A stretch of 64,000 bases of DNA from Nitrospirota bacterium (GTDB taxonomy: Bacteria; Nitrospirota; UBA9217): positions 96,001-160,000 of the forward strand of contig CAVWHO010000008.1 in NCBI GenBank assembly GCA_963754875.1, given 5' to 3'. A program made the translations under genes and the position numbers. A model generated the notes under the pieces. It saw nothing but the letters and a program-made list of their open reading frames with translations, did not search any database and was not told the origin of the DNA. Of this stretch, positions 50,843 through 61,335 are shown one piece after another. How positions within the stretch are numbered: position 1 is the stretch's first letter; every line of letters begins with the position of its first letter.

Positions 50843-52187
50843 TTGAATAATTCGCTTACACCACGTCAGGTTGTCGAAGAACTGGACAAGTACATTATCG
50901 GCCAGCACAAGGCCAAGCGGGCCGTTGCCATCGCGCTCAGGAACCGTTGGAGACGCCAGCGTTTGTCCGAAGATTTGCGCGATGAAGTAATGCCGAAGAA
51001 CATCATCATGATCGGCCCCACGGGCGTGGGAAAAACCGAGATCGCCCGGAGGCTCGCGAAGCTTGTCCAGGCACCATTCCTCAAGATCGAGGCCTCAAAG
51101 TTTACCGAAGTGGGATACGTTGGACGAGATGTTGACTCGATCGTGCGCGACCTCACTGAGATCGGGATAAACATGGTTAAAAACGAAATGGCCGAGATGG
51201 TGAGAGAAAAAGCAGAGGCCCTGGCCGAAGAGCGGCTGCTTGATCTCCTGCTGCCGCCGCCCAGGATCTCCCCGGGATCGGAAGCCCCGACGTCCGAGCA
51301 GCAGGAACAGCATTCGACGACGCGGGAAAAGCTCAGGCAGCAGCTCCGCGAGGGGAAGCTCGACAGCCGCTCGGTTGAGCTCGAAACGAAAGAAAAAGTA
51401 ATGCCCTTCGGCATCGTCTCTAATGTCGGCATGGAAGAGATCGAGATGAACCTCAAGGAGATGCTGGGAGGACTGCTGCCGGAAAAAACGAAGCGCCGAA
51501 AAGTGAAAGTTCCTGATGGACTGAGGCTCCTCGTGCAGGAAGAAGCCGCAAAGCTCATCGACATGGATAAGGTGACCCGTGAAGCGCTCGAGCGCGTTGA
51601 ACAATCCGGCATTGTGTTCCTCGACGAGATAGACAAGATTGCCGGCCGTGAATCGCACGGTCCGGACGTGTCGCGCGAGGGCGTACAGCGGGACCTTCTG
51701 CCGATCGTCGAAGGCTCGACGATCTCGACTAAATACGGACCGGTCAAAACCGACCATATCCTCTTCATCGCGGCAGGCGCGTTTCATGTGTCCAAACCGT
51801 CGGACCTTATCCCGGAGTTGCAGGGCCGTTTTCCGATCCGGGTTGAGCTTGACTCCCTCGGCAAGACGGATTTCGTTCGTATCTTGACAGAACCTCAGAA
51901 TGCGCTCATCAAGCAGCATGTTGCGCTTATGGCCACGGAGGAAATCACTCTTAATTTCTTCGAGCGATGCCATCGAAGAGATCGCCGGCATAGCAGCCCA
52001 GGTGAACGAGCGGACCGAGAACATCGGAGCGCGCAGGCTTCATACGATCATGGAGAGGCTGCTCGACGAAATCTCGTTCGATGCTCCTGAAAAAAAAGGG
52101 ACCAAGGCCTCGATCAATGCGCAGTACGTACAGGAACGACTGGCTGAGGTTCTGAAGAGCGAGGATCTGAGCAGATATATTCTATGA
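50843..52187 (+). CDS. hslU: ATP-dependent protease ATPase subunit HslU (one +1 indel near 51959)
   Basis: [21 protein letters not shown] and ELQGRFP; C-terminus [10 protein letters not shown]...DLSRYIL lies in ORF 51900..52187. Confidence 0.95.
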
Positions 52188-52236
52188 GCTTTTGAACCAC
52201 AGGAGCTTCCGGGGCCCTTCATATGCTGATTTTTGA

Positions 52237-53283
<1,047 letters not shown>

Positions 53284-53434
53284 ATTTATAGTGGGAACAA
53301 ATCAAGAGAGGATGATCATGCATCCTCTTTTTTTGTTCGACGATGCGGCCGAATTGCTCAAGCTCATGCATGGACACCTGATTCTGCACAGGCGGCTCGT
53401 TGACAGCGGCAGGGCAAAGGTGTAATATTTTTTT

Positions 53435-53896
53435 ATGGTTTTTTTAATACCATTCTGCCAAGCCAGGGAAATAACTGTTATCCGCAATGCTGTTCTCATA
53501 TGCCTCATCATTTTCCCCCCGTTTTACTTCAGCAACCCGGCGAACGCGCAGGTCGCTCCATCGGGATACAGCCTCGTTGGAACAATTAAGAGCGGAGATT
53601 TTTCCGGAGCCGTCATCATCATAGCCAAAGAACAGTCCTTTTTCAGATTAAATGAGAAATTGCCGGATGGGTCTCTGGTCGTAAAGGTGCGCGACGACAG
53701 CATTTCACTCAAGGGACCCGACGGGACCCTCTATGATATGTATATTTCCCATGAAAAGACGGTGGGGTCTGTTGCCCCGCCGCCGGCATACACGACTTCA
53801 CCGCAACCGGCGGCCGCGGTAACCAATGTTGGCCCGGACCGGCCAGTTGCCCGATCACGACGTCGGCATGTGCATTCACAGTCGGAATATGAATAG
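53435..53896 (+). CDS. secreted protein with a type II secretion GspC HR-like beta domain (copy 1; start uncertain)
   Basis: hydrophobic segment ending ANA-Q, then YSLVGTI..GAVII..EQSFFRLNEKLPDGSLVVKVRDDSISL; clear paralog at 60510. Confidence 0.55.
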   Translation: MVFLIPFCQAREITVIRNAVLICLIIFPPFYFSNPANAQVAPSGYSLVGTIKSGDFSGAVIIIAKEQSFFRLNEKLPDGSLVVKVRDDSISLKGPDGTLYDMYISHEKTVGSVAPPPAYTTSPQPAAAVTNVGPDRPVARSRRRHVHSQSEYE

Positions 53897-53941
53897 GCAT
53901 TACTTACGGACCTGAGCACTGTAGAACTACTTCCGAATAGC

Positions 53942-53977
53942 AAAGAGGGGTTACGGAAAATTCCGCAACCCCTCTTT
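53942..53977. terminator. bidirectional terminator between convergent genes
   Basis: AAAGAGGGGTTaCGGAA-aa-TTCCGcAACCCCTCTTT. Confidence 0.7.
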
Positions 53978-54013
53978 CTATGATTATTGTACTGCGCTCA
54001 CGATCTTCTACTA

Positions 54014-54355
54014 CTACAGGCTCGCCTTCCAAACAGACTTGCCCTGACTATCTTGCTCTTTAAAAATCTTAAAAGTCGGCGTAGTCACCATTTGCTTAGT
54101 CTGGCCGTTGATCATATTCACCTTTAAGCTGAGCTTGACTTTTACCGGCCAGAAACCGCCCGCGTCCTTCTTGCCTTTTTCAAGGATTACAATCGGCTCC
54201 GTAAGGCTAAACCCTCCGCTTTTAAGAAAAACACTGTCGTTTATTGCCTTGAGTATTTCCGCATCAGAAGGGCCGAAAAAACGCGAGCAACCCGCTCCGT
54301 TGAGGACAATAGTAAACAACACAAAAGCCACAACAAGTTTTATCCCGTTTTTCAC
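54014..54355 (-). CDS. small lipoprotein of unknown function (copy 1)
   Basis: lipobox GAGC, 'FGPSDAEILKAIN'; paralog at 61336. Confidence 0.7.
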   Translation of the reverse strand: MKNGIKLVVAFVLFTIVLNGAGCSRFFGPSDAEILKAINDSVFLKSGGFSLTEPIVILEKGKKDAGGFWPVKVKLSLKVNMINGQTKQMVTTPTFKIFKEQDSQGKSVWKASL

Positions 54356-54404
54356 TTCATTATCTCCTTAAACTGACATTATCGCAAAAACTGTTGATTA
54401 ATGG

Positions 54405-54441
54405 AAAAAGAGAATGCCCGGGCTCACATCCGGGCACTCTC
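54405..54441 (-). terminator. intrinsic terminator after the porin-cytochrome operon
   Basis: GAGAaTGCCCG...CGGGCAcTCTC hairpin preceded by an A run on the + strand. Confidence 0.55.
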
Positions 54442-54492
54442 CTCTTCTAATTCTTACCTCTGGCAATGTCACGGTCAGTTCATGCGTCACTA

Positions 54493-55338
54493 TTACCAGG
54501 CTCTCGTTACGTGACAACTTGGCGTGCATGTAGGATAGGGGGGGCCCAGGTTGTAGTTTACATAATCTTGAATCGTAGCTGAAGCTGGCCCTTCCATCGT
54601 CGATGTATTTAAAGACTTAAAATGGCTTAGCACAAGCTTCGATATGTCATGGCAAAAATTGCAGTTTATATTCTGCAGAAACACATGGGTGTAGTGCTGA
54701 CCGGACGCGAAGCTGTTATACTGGGTAGTACCGTAGGAGTGGCACGAGGTACACTGGGTCAGCACATCAATCTTGCCGCTCAACCACACCGGTGTCGTCT
54801 GCCCGCCATGACAGCTCACGTTCGAGCAGGTGCCGTCGGCGTTATGCACTGCGGTGCCGCTCTTTGCACTGTACGTGCTCAGGAACTGCACGTCAGTAAC
54901 GCCGTTATAGTGTTTGTCAGTGCCTGTCCCCGCACCGTTGTGACAGGTATTGCACGCATCAGGCAACGTGACCTGAGGAGCGAAATGACCCTCAACCGAA
55001 TTATGTGCGCCCTCCCTGTTCGGGGCAACGGTACCTGAAGGCGGTATTCCGTGACAGGAGGTGCATCCTGTCATTGTGAGGGGAGAGCCGTTCGTATGGC
55101 AGGATGCGCATGCGACTCTGGAAACACCTCCTGAGAAATCCTCTCCATGGCATTCCATGCAAACGCTCGGATCAGTCTTTGCAGCTGCCGGGTGGCCCGC
55201 AATTAGCCAGTTTGCCGGGTGCTGGTCCTCGTCGAATGGCAAGTTCTCATTCTTCTCACTAGTACCGCACCCCACCAAAACCAGCAGTCCTGCTGCGAGA
55301 AGCAATGCCGCCATCGCGATCTTATTTATCGGTGACAT
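54493..55338 (-). CDS. lipoprotein multiheme cytochrome c with CxxxxCH/CxxCH motifs (ExtD/ExtG-like)
   Basis: lipobox LVGC; 6 CxxCH plus CSNVSCH (Cx4CH) and CTPSCH (Cx3CH). Confidence 0.85.
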   Translation of the reverse strand: MSPINKIAMAALLLAAGLLVLVGCGTSEKNENLPFDEDQHPANWLIAGHPAAAKTDPSVCMECHGEDFSGGVSRVACASCHTNGSPLTMTGCTSCHGIPPSGTVAPNREGAHNSVEGHFAPQVTLPDACNTCHNGAGTGTDKHYNGVTDVQFLSTYSAKSGTAVHNADGTCSNVSCHGGQTTPVWLSGKIDVLTQCTSCHSYGTTQYNSFASGQHYTHVFLQNINCNFCHDISKLVLSHFKSLNTSTMEGPASATIQDYVNYNLGPPYPTCTPSCHVTRAW

Positions 55339-55766
55339 GTTCTGCACCTCTCATTATTCGAGCGGCCATGACATTTCATGCATGAAGCCGGGTTGATCCG
55401 ACCGTCGATTTTATGCTGATTGAGATAATCTCCCCGGTGTGGCAGGAACCGTTCCGGATCATCTTTATATTTATCGCTCGGCTTCAGCTCGTCCTTGTGC
55501 GCATGGCAGTCGGAGCAGAACGACTCCGCGTGGCAAACTTTGCAGGTCCCCGACTGCTGTTCTGCGTAAAAGCGATGCCGCGCCGCCCAGTCGCTGGTGT
55601 GGTCCATTGCGGTCCGCCAATCTGTGTGGCAGTCGCTGCAGATCGGGAAACCCGTTACTTCAACAGGATGCGACGTAACGATACTCGCCGTATGCGCACA
55701 GGCGTACAAGCCGATGAGTGCTACGAATACTGTCAATAAAACAATTTTGGTCGTCATCGTTTTCAT
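55326..55766 (-). CDS. pentaheme lipoprotein cytochrome c (ExtC/ExtF-like)
   Basis: lipobox LYAC; five CxxCH (CSDCH, CKVCH, CSDCH, CMKCH, CRTCH). Confidence 0.87.
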   Translation of the reverse strand: MKTMTTKIVLLTVFVALIGLYACAHTASIVTSHPVEVTGFPICSDCHTDWRTAMDHTSDWAARHRFYAEQQSGTCKVCHAESFCSDCHAHKDELKPSDKYKDDPERFLPHRGDYLNQHKIDGRINPASCMKCHGRSNNERCRTCHR

Positions 55767-55768
55767 AA

Positions 55769-57067
55769 TTAAGCCCCTCCTGCGGCGCCAAAATGATAGA
55801 GAAGCTTGACGAAACTCCGGATGTCGCTGTTGAAATCGGGATCATGGGAATATTCCACATCGGCACCGAGTTTCCATGCTTCCGTAAGATCGTACTGGGC
55901 CGCTAGGGACCCGGAATAGGAATCTTTTACGCCGTTAATGGGTTGGGCATAGACTACATCGAGAATATCGGCGGTAAGATCAAACTTTCCGAGCTTCTTA
56001 TAGCCGTATGCCCGGTACTCGTTATATTGCAACCTTGTCGTTTTTCCCTGCATGCGGTGGTACCCCAGGCCGGCACCGCCGGAGCCTTCTGCTGAATACT
56101 TGACCAGACCTCCGTAATAATTGGCGTCGCCTTCAATAGAATAGTCGAAATTTTTGTAATCAGCAACAATGCTCACATTGTCTGTAACCTTGTATGATGC
56201 TGCTTCCCCCAGAATGCGTACCTTTTCATCGTCGATGATAAGCCCGTTGGCCACGGAGAGAGCGCTCGTGGTAGCACGGAAGAAATAATTGTCATAATTG
56301 ATCCATGACGCCGTAGTATCAAGTCTGAGATTAGCGAAAGGCCCCAGCATCAGAACATAGGTATGTTCCATCCAGCCTTTGGTGATGTCGTTATAGCTCG
56401 ACCTGCCGGAAATATCTACCTTGTTCATCAGATGGGCCCAGAGATCAATGCCCTCCTCTTTTCGGTAGTCCTGGTTGTTTTTTTCTTCTTTGAGAGCCGA
56501 TATTCCGATTTTGTACACATCGCCGACCTGGTGAGTCAGACGTCCACCGTAGATCACGTTGTCGCCGGGCGTTTCGATGTTGGTCTCAACCGGGCTGCCG
56601 CCGAATGCCGAGACGCCGAAGCCCCCTTTCAGATCGGTGCGCGCATAGATCCCGTCTACTCGTTCTGCAGCCACACCCTCAAAGACCATCACACGGCCAA
56701 GATTGACCACGGTGTTGTCGGTTTTGCTCTTGAAACTCAAATAAGAATATTGAAGATCGCTGGGCGATTTTCTCCCGAGTTCATCACCGAGAAAATCATA
56801 ATGGATCCACCCCCCGGTATGAAACGAGACAGTTTCATTGCCGATGTCCTGTACTGCGAAATCGAGGTATTCGTAGCCGCCTAGGATTTTTGTACCGTCG
56901 GCCGTCTCCCGTGACTGGAAATACGTATTGGAATTTCCGGTCAGGCTAGCCGCACGGGACTGACCCGGTAAACCCAATGTGATCAGTGACAGCAAGGCCA
57001 TAGCAGATACTATTCGCATGACCAAGGGACCGCTTTTCATTGTTCGCAGCATAATATTACTTCTCAA
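55769..57067 (-). CDS. outer-membrane beta-barrel porin of a porin-cytochrome conduit (ExtB/ExtE-like)
   Basis: signal peptide (SRA-A), alternating aromatic/Gly beta-strand pattern, C-terminal LLYHF; directly upstream of two cytochromes. Confidence 0.78.
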   Translation of the reverse strand: MRSNIMLRTMKSGPLVMRIVSAMALLSLITLGLPGQSRAASLTGNSNTYFQSRETADGTKILGGYEYLDFAVQDIGNETVSFHTGGWIHYDFLGDELGRKSPSDLQYSYLSFKSKTDNTVVNLGRVMVFEGVAAERVDGIYARTDLKGGFGVSAFGGSPVETNIETPGDNVIYGGRLTHQVGDVYKIGISALKEEKNNQDYRKEEGIDLWAHLMNKVDISGRSSYNDITKGWMEHTYVLMLGPFANLRLDTTASWINYDNYFFRATTSALSVANGLIIDDEKVRILGEAASYKVTDNVSIVADYKNFDYSIEGDANYYGGLVKYSAEGSGGAGLGYHRMQGKTTRLQYNEYRAYGYKKLGKFDLTADILDVVYAQPINGVKDSYSGSLAAQYDLTEAWKLGADVEYSHDPDFNSDIRSFVKLLYHFGAAGGA

Positions 57068-57297
57068 AATGTTGTCTCCTTTCTAAGAACTGTGCACAAC
57101 GACTTTCGTATCTCTGAAGTGAGATGGTCATAATAACCGATTCTGTAATATCGAGCTAACGCACTTTTATGTGCGCTTGAAGGTGAGAGTATATTTTTCA
57201 TTCAACTCAAATTAGTACAAAGCTGTGAAGGACTACAGAGATATTACCGGCACTATACGCTTGAAACGGTTGATGAAAACATCTGCAAAACGGTCAT

Positions 57298-57326
57298 ACT
57301 ATACAGAAAAACACCTTGCAAATCAA
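57298..57326 (-). promoter_or_regulatory. sigma-70 promoter of the porin-cytochrome operon
   Basis: minus strand TTGATT-N17-TATAGT immediately after a terminator. Confidence 0.5.
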
Positions 57327-57327
57327 G

Positions 57328-57365
57328 AAAAAAAGGACATGCCTTTCTTACTGAGGCATGTCCTT
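57328..57365 (-). terminator. intrinsic terminator
   Basis: 12-bp stem AAGGACATGCCT/AGGCATGTCCTT with an A run on its + strand 5' side. Confidence 0.7.
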
Positions 57366-57430
57366 CGTGAGTGCTGAACCAGTTCTACAGCATGCGTCAA
57401 TATAGATAATAACATCTATTTGCAACTCGT

Positions 57431-57459
57431 AAAAGCTGGCGGACCCCGTAGGGTCCGCC
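57431..57459 (-). terminator. hairpin/terminator downstream of the decaheme gene
   Basis: GGCGGACCC-cgta-GGGTCCGCC. Confidence 0.55.
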
Positions 57460-57527
57460 TGATGTTGAGTTTGGTTCCGGTTTGGCGATTATCATCCAAA
57501 CCTTACTTCAGACCTGTTATTACGATA

Positions 57528-59996
57528 CTAGTTGACCTTGTGCACAACAGCGATGTCTTCTATTGCGCCGTGGCCATGGCATACGAGACACGATTCGATT
57601 GCCGGAGAAGGAGCCTGGTCACGCCTTTCGTAGAACTGGCCGCCGTTTGCCTCCATGTGGTTCACATCAGTCGCAAGATCGTGGCATGCAACGCAGGTCG
57701 CTGTGATCGGCGACTGTACGAGGTTGCTGCCGCTGCCAGCCGTCAAGATGCCGTCGCTGGTGATAGAGGGGCCTGCTCCATAATTAGTTACAAGGTCGAC
57801 GTACGGTGAATTCTTAAACCCGGCAAGTGAATCCGTGTTCGTGTACGTCTTTGCAGACACCAGGACATTCAGCATTCCGCTCATAAGAGCCGGGGTGTAT
57901 TGGGTTGCGCTGAAGTCGTAGGTGCCGGGCAAATGACACTTCTGGCAGTCGTTCAGGATTGCCGGGTACAGGAGCAGCGAGAAATTATCGTCAATAGCTA
58001 CAGCGTGCCAGGTAAACGGCACTGAACGCTTGCTTGCTCCGTGAATGCCATGGACCCAGGTCCTGAATGATGCGGACCATCCGTTGCTTGACTGGTTGGG
58101 AGTATGGCAGGCCGCGCAAATGGCGATGCTATAGTTGCCGCCGTGGAAATTAGGCACGGTGCCAAGCTGCTTATGACAAGAATCGCACCTAGCGGGGTCG
58201 ACGATCACGCGCCGAGCGGTGTAACCGGTCGCAGTCTTCATCGCTGGCACTGCGAGGACGTTCACTCCACCTACGTTGGGAGAATCCTTCATGATTGCCG
58301 TGACCATGCTTGCATTCGAAGGAATATTCAGATAGCCGGCACTGATGGTGCCGCCGCTCAGGACAGCGGTGTAGAGGCCGTTCACCGGGCCAGTCAGTGT
58401 GCCTTTTGTCCCGTCCCAAATATTCTGAAGTGCTAATGAACTGTGACCGCTATTCCAGTCGGACGGAGCAGTGATGCCATCCTGCGGTACAGAGTATGCA
58501 GCAATGAACGTCGGGCCGGCGGTGGTGGTGAGGCCGGTTATCATGTTCGACGGGTTATTTATAGCATCAAAGGTATTCAGAACCACGTCCGAACCGTTCT
58601 GCTGAATCTTGAACACCACGGACATAACGTTGCTGCTAACAGAAGCTGATGTGACGACGTAGGTGATGGGTGCAGTAGACGTCGGGAAGGAAGCACCTGT
58701 TAACGCGTTGGTTTCTGTTCTTGTAATGTCGTGATTAAACAGGATATCCGGAGCATCATGACAGCCTGCGCAAACACCGTCGACCTTAGGGCCTGCTGGG
58801 TGAGCTTTAAAACCAGTTGGTACGGTTGCTGCCCAGCTGATATTGTCATGGCAGGAGCCGCAGGCCTTGATGCTGGGTTTAGTCAGATAGTTGCCGCCGT
58901 CGGTCCCGACGTGACAGGTTGTGCAGTTTCTAATGTCCTGAGGATAGCCGATATTGTTCGGGAAAAAGTGGCCGTCATTGATGCCATACCCCTGGAGCTG
59001 GAGGTTCTCACCCATGTGGGCTTTATGGATCATAGTCACGAACTCCATCTGGGCATAGGTGGCCGTTCCATTGCTGAGGAGCCATGTGCTGCCGTTCGGA
59101 GCCTTCGCGTCGATGTCCGGGTTAGTCAAATTACCGCTAGCATCGGCAGTAGACACCGAGCGGCCCGTTGATTCCATCTGCGGGTTATGGCACATCACGC
59201 AATATTTCGTGACTTGGCGTCCGCCATGGCCGGGCTGGCCGGGTTTAAAGCCTGTGCCGGTAACATCGAGTGAAGTGTTGCCGAGCTTCGTGTGGCAGCC
59301 GTTGCAGGCAGTCTCACTCACGATGTCCCTGGTATCGGTGACGGGTGACCCATTGGGAACAAAGGTATAGACAATGTTCACCGGGTGGGTTATCGGCAGC
59401 GTAGGAGTAACGCCCGGAACGTTGCCGGAAATCTGGACCGCTATCCGGTGCGTGGCAGCAGGGTCAAAGGTGATATTGGAATTCGCAAATGTGTACACAT
59501 AGGTACCGTCGCCATTGTCAACCAGATTTGCCGTGAGGCCCGTGCTGGTCGGCAAAGACTGGGGGCTCGAATCCAGGAGGTAGTTGCTCCAGGCGTTGGT
59601 AACGGAATCTGTGGGGTCAGTTGCAAGAGTTGCGATTACCAGCTTCGTATAGTTGGTATTCGCTGCGTTCGACGGGCTTGCTACGCCGAGGCCGGTAACC
59701 CCGCGGCCGTTCTGATCGACAACCTTGAAATTCACAACCGGCTGCGCAGCCATCGTAACGCTGGTAATTGTGCCGGTCATTGTGAGCGCTACCATGTCGT
59801 CCGCGGACAGAGTATTGATATTCACTGTGTTGCCGCCATTTGTTCCATTTGTTCCATTTGTTCCATTTGTACCGTTCACGCCATTCGCGCCGTTGCTGCC
59901 GTCGCTGCCTTTGCATCCTGCTACGGCAACTATGGCAACAAGAAGCAACAGCACGAGCAACAACGTACTACATTTACCTTTGAAGATATGTTGCAT
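57528..59996 (-). CDS. OmcA/MtrC-family decaheme outer-surface lipoprotein cytochrome c
   Basis: lipobox VAGC, Gly-x-Asn linker, DNGDGTYVYTF beta domain, 5+5 CxxCH separated by a heme-free domain, final ESCLVCHG. Confidence 0.9.
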   Translation of the reverse strand: MQHIFKGKCSTLLLVLLLLVAIVAVAGCKGSDGSNGANGVNGTNGTNGTNGTNGGNTVNINTLSADDMVALTMTGTITSVTMAAQPVVNFKVVDQNGRGVTGLGVASPSNAANTNYTKLVIATLATDPTDSVTNAWSNYLLDSSPQSLPTSTGLTANLVDNGDGTYVYTFANSNITFDPAATHRIAVQISGNVPGVTPTLPITHPVNIVYTFVPNGSPVTDTRDIVSETACNGCHTKLGNTSLDVTGTGFKPGQPGHGGRQVTKYCVMCHNPQMESTGRSVSTADASGNLTNPDIDAKAPNGSTWLLSNGTATYAQMEFVTMIHKAHMGENLQLQGYGINDGHFFPNNIGYPQDIRNCTTCHVGTDGGNYLTKPSIKACGSCHDNISWAATVPTGFKAHPAGPKVDGVCAGCHDAPDILFNHDITRTETNALTGASFPTSTAPITYVVTSASVSSNVMSVVFKIQQNGSDVVLNTFDAINNPSNMITGLTTTAGPTFIAAYSVPQDGITAPSDWNSGHSSLALQNIWDGTKGTLTGPVNGLYTAVLSGGTISAGYLNIPSNASMVTAIMKDSPNVGGVNVLAVPAMKTATGYTARRVIVDPARCDSCHKQLGTVPNFHGGNYSIAICAACHTPNQSSNGWSASFRTWVHGIHGASKRSVPFTWHAVAIDDNFSLLLYPAILNDCQKCHLPGTYDFSATQYTPALMSGMLNVLVSAKTYTNTDSLAGFKNSPYVDLVTNYGAGPSITSDGILTAGSGSNLVQSPITATCVACHDLATDVNHMEANGGQFYERRDQAPSPAIESCLVCHGHGAIEDIAVVHKVN
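59836..59907 (-). repeat. 9-nt tandem repeat encoding a collagen-like (G-x-N)n linker
   Basis: ccatttgtt x3 plus degenerate copies, encoding GSDGSNGANGVNGTNGTNGTNGTNG. Confidence 0.8.
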
Positions 59997-60186
59997 TTTG
60001 TTTCCCCTTTCTTTATTTAGAGTCTATTTACCAGCTCACTGCTTTACTTACGTCTTATCGCCGCTTTACTGCTCTTCCTGCAGCAGCAATGTTATCTGAT
60101 ATTTATGCACATCTGCCACAATATATTTGTGTTTATAGCAATAAATATCGTAAAGTTTCAAATTATCGTAAAACCCGTCTGAATAT

Positions 60187-60202
60187 TGCAACTAAAATGC
60201 CA
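60187..60202 (-). promoter_or_regulatory. sigma-54 (-24/-12) promoter of the decaheme gene
   Basis: minus strand TGGCATTTTAGTTGCA = GG-N10-GC consensus, about 190 nt upstream of ATG 59996. Confidence 0.72.
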
Positions 60203-60267
60203 AAATGCAGTTTTATTAAAAAACAGATAATTAGCAGCAATATGTTGCATTTTATATTACGAATTCA

Positions 60268-60303
60268 GTGTCATTTCGCTCAACTCATGTGCGTTTTCGC
60301 TCA
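60268..60303. promoter_or_regulatory. tandem candidate enhancer (bEBP) sites
   Basis: GTGTCATTTCGCTCA and GTGCGTTTTCGCTCA repeated with a 21-bp period, 65-100 bp upstream of the -24 box. Confidence 0.5.
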
Positions 60304-60509
60304 TTATTATCTACTGGCGTTGGTTTACCCAAGAACAAGTCAAAAGTGATACAAATGATCCATCGACGCAAGCGAATGTTTTTAGTGCAGATAGGGAATA
60401 GAGGACTTTGTCAGTGTTTCTAACTGACACCGCTATTATTGCTTTTAACGGACTAAGCGGCGATGCAGTTGAGCCCTCGCTCGTATTGACATATGAAAAC
60501 AAAGAGGTT

Positions 60510-61004
60510 ATGATTCGTCTGATGAATGGAGAGGGTATTCATAAACAATCCCCCATAAAAAATCAACCTGAAGGCAATCGAGAACTTCTGACCTTCTCCA
60601 CCTTGGTGTTTTTTTTATCCTTGTGCTTTTTCAATACAGCGGACGCTCAGGCAACTAATCAATCAGGCTACAGCCTCGTCGGAACAATACAGAGCCGGAA
60701 TTTTTCAGGAGCGGTTATCACTGTAGCAAAAGGCGAACAGTCTTTTTATAGACTGGGCGACAAACTGCCGGATGGGTCGCAAATCGTTAAGGTGCGGGCG
60801 GATACTATTTTGCTCAAGGTCGCAGACGGATCGACGTATGAAATGTATATACTCCACGAGACGAAGGTAACGGCAGCGCTGCCCTTTTCGCCGCTCGATC
60901 CGTTCGCGGGAAAAGTATGGACGCCCCCCGAAAAACGACCATTAAGTGCATATGAAAAACGACGTCAAAAACGGCTCGGCACGCGAAGTTCAGACGATGA
61001 ATAG
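60510..61004 (+). CDS. secreted protein with a type II secretion GspC HR-like beta domain (copy 2; start uncertain)
   Basis: hydrophobic segment ending ADA-Q, then SGYSLVGTI..GAVI..EQSFYRLGDKLPDGSQIVKVRADTILL. Confidence 0.55.
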   Translation: MIRLMNGEGIHKQSPIKNQPEGNRELLTFSTLVFFLSLCFFNTADAQATNQSGYSLVGTIQSRNFSGAVITVAKGEQSFYRLGDKLPDGSQIVKVRADTILLKVADGSTYEMYILHETKVTAALPFSPLDPFAGKVWTPPEKRPLSAYEKRRQKRLGTRSSDDE

Positions 61005-61335
61005 GGGCGCTGTTTTTCAAGTTCGGCTGCCACGGCAGTGGCTGAAAAAATAAGAGGCCGTAAACACGCCAGACTGTGTCTTCTCAATCAGATTGACCTC
61101 CCATCCCCCAGCCATCGAGCAGGTTCCATACGCTAGGCGGATCAAAAAAAGACCCGGAAGTTTCCCCGGGCCTTCCAAAAATCACGGTCTGTTACCAGAA
61201 ACATGCTGCAGAAATATTTACCGATGCAAAAAAAGGCTATTAGAATCTGCGATTCACAGTATGTCTGAAAAAAGACCGACAGCTGACGTTGTGGATGGAT
61301 GCCGCTCTCGATATCCTGTGTGATTTTGATAAGGT

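Noticed and set aside
60089..60349. 86-aa ORF in the AT-rich region upstream of the decaheme
   Set aside because: Overlaps the sigma-54 promoter and enhancer, with atypical composition and no RBS
57068..60500. GEMM (c-di-GMP/cGAMP) riboswitch upstream of the cytochrome or porin genes, as in Geobacter
   Set aside because: No GGCAAA...GAAA...GACGCAAA core seen by eye on either strand; a cmscan would settle it
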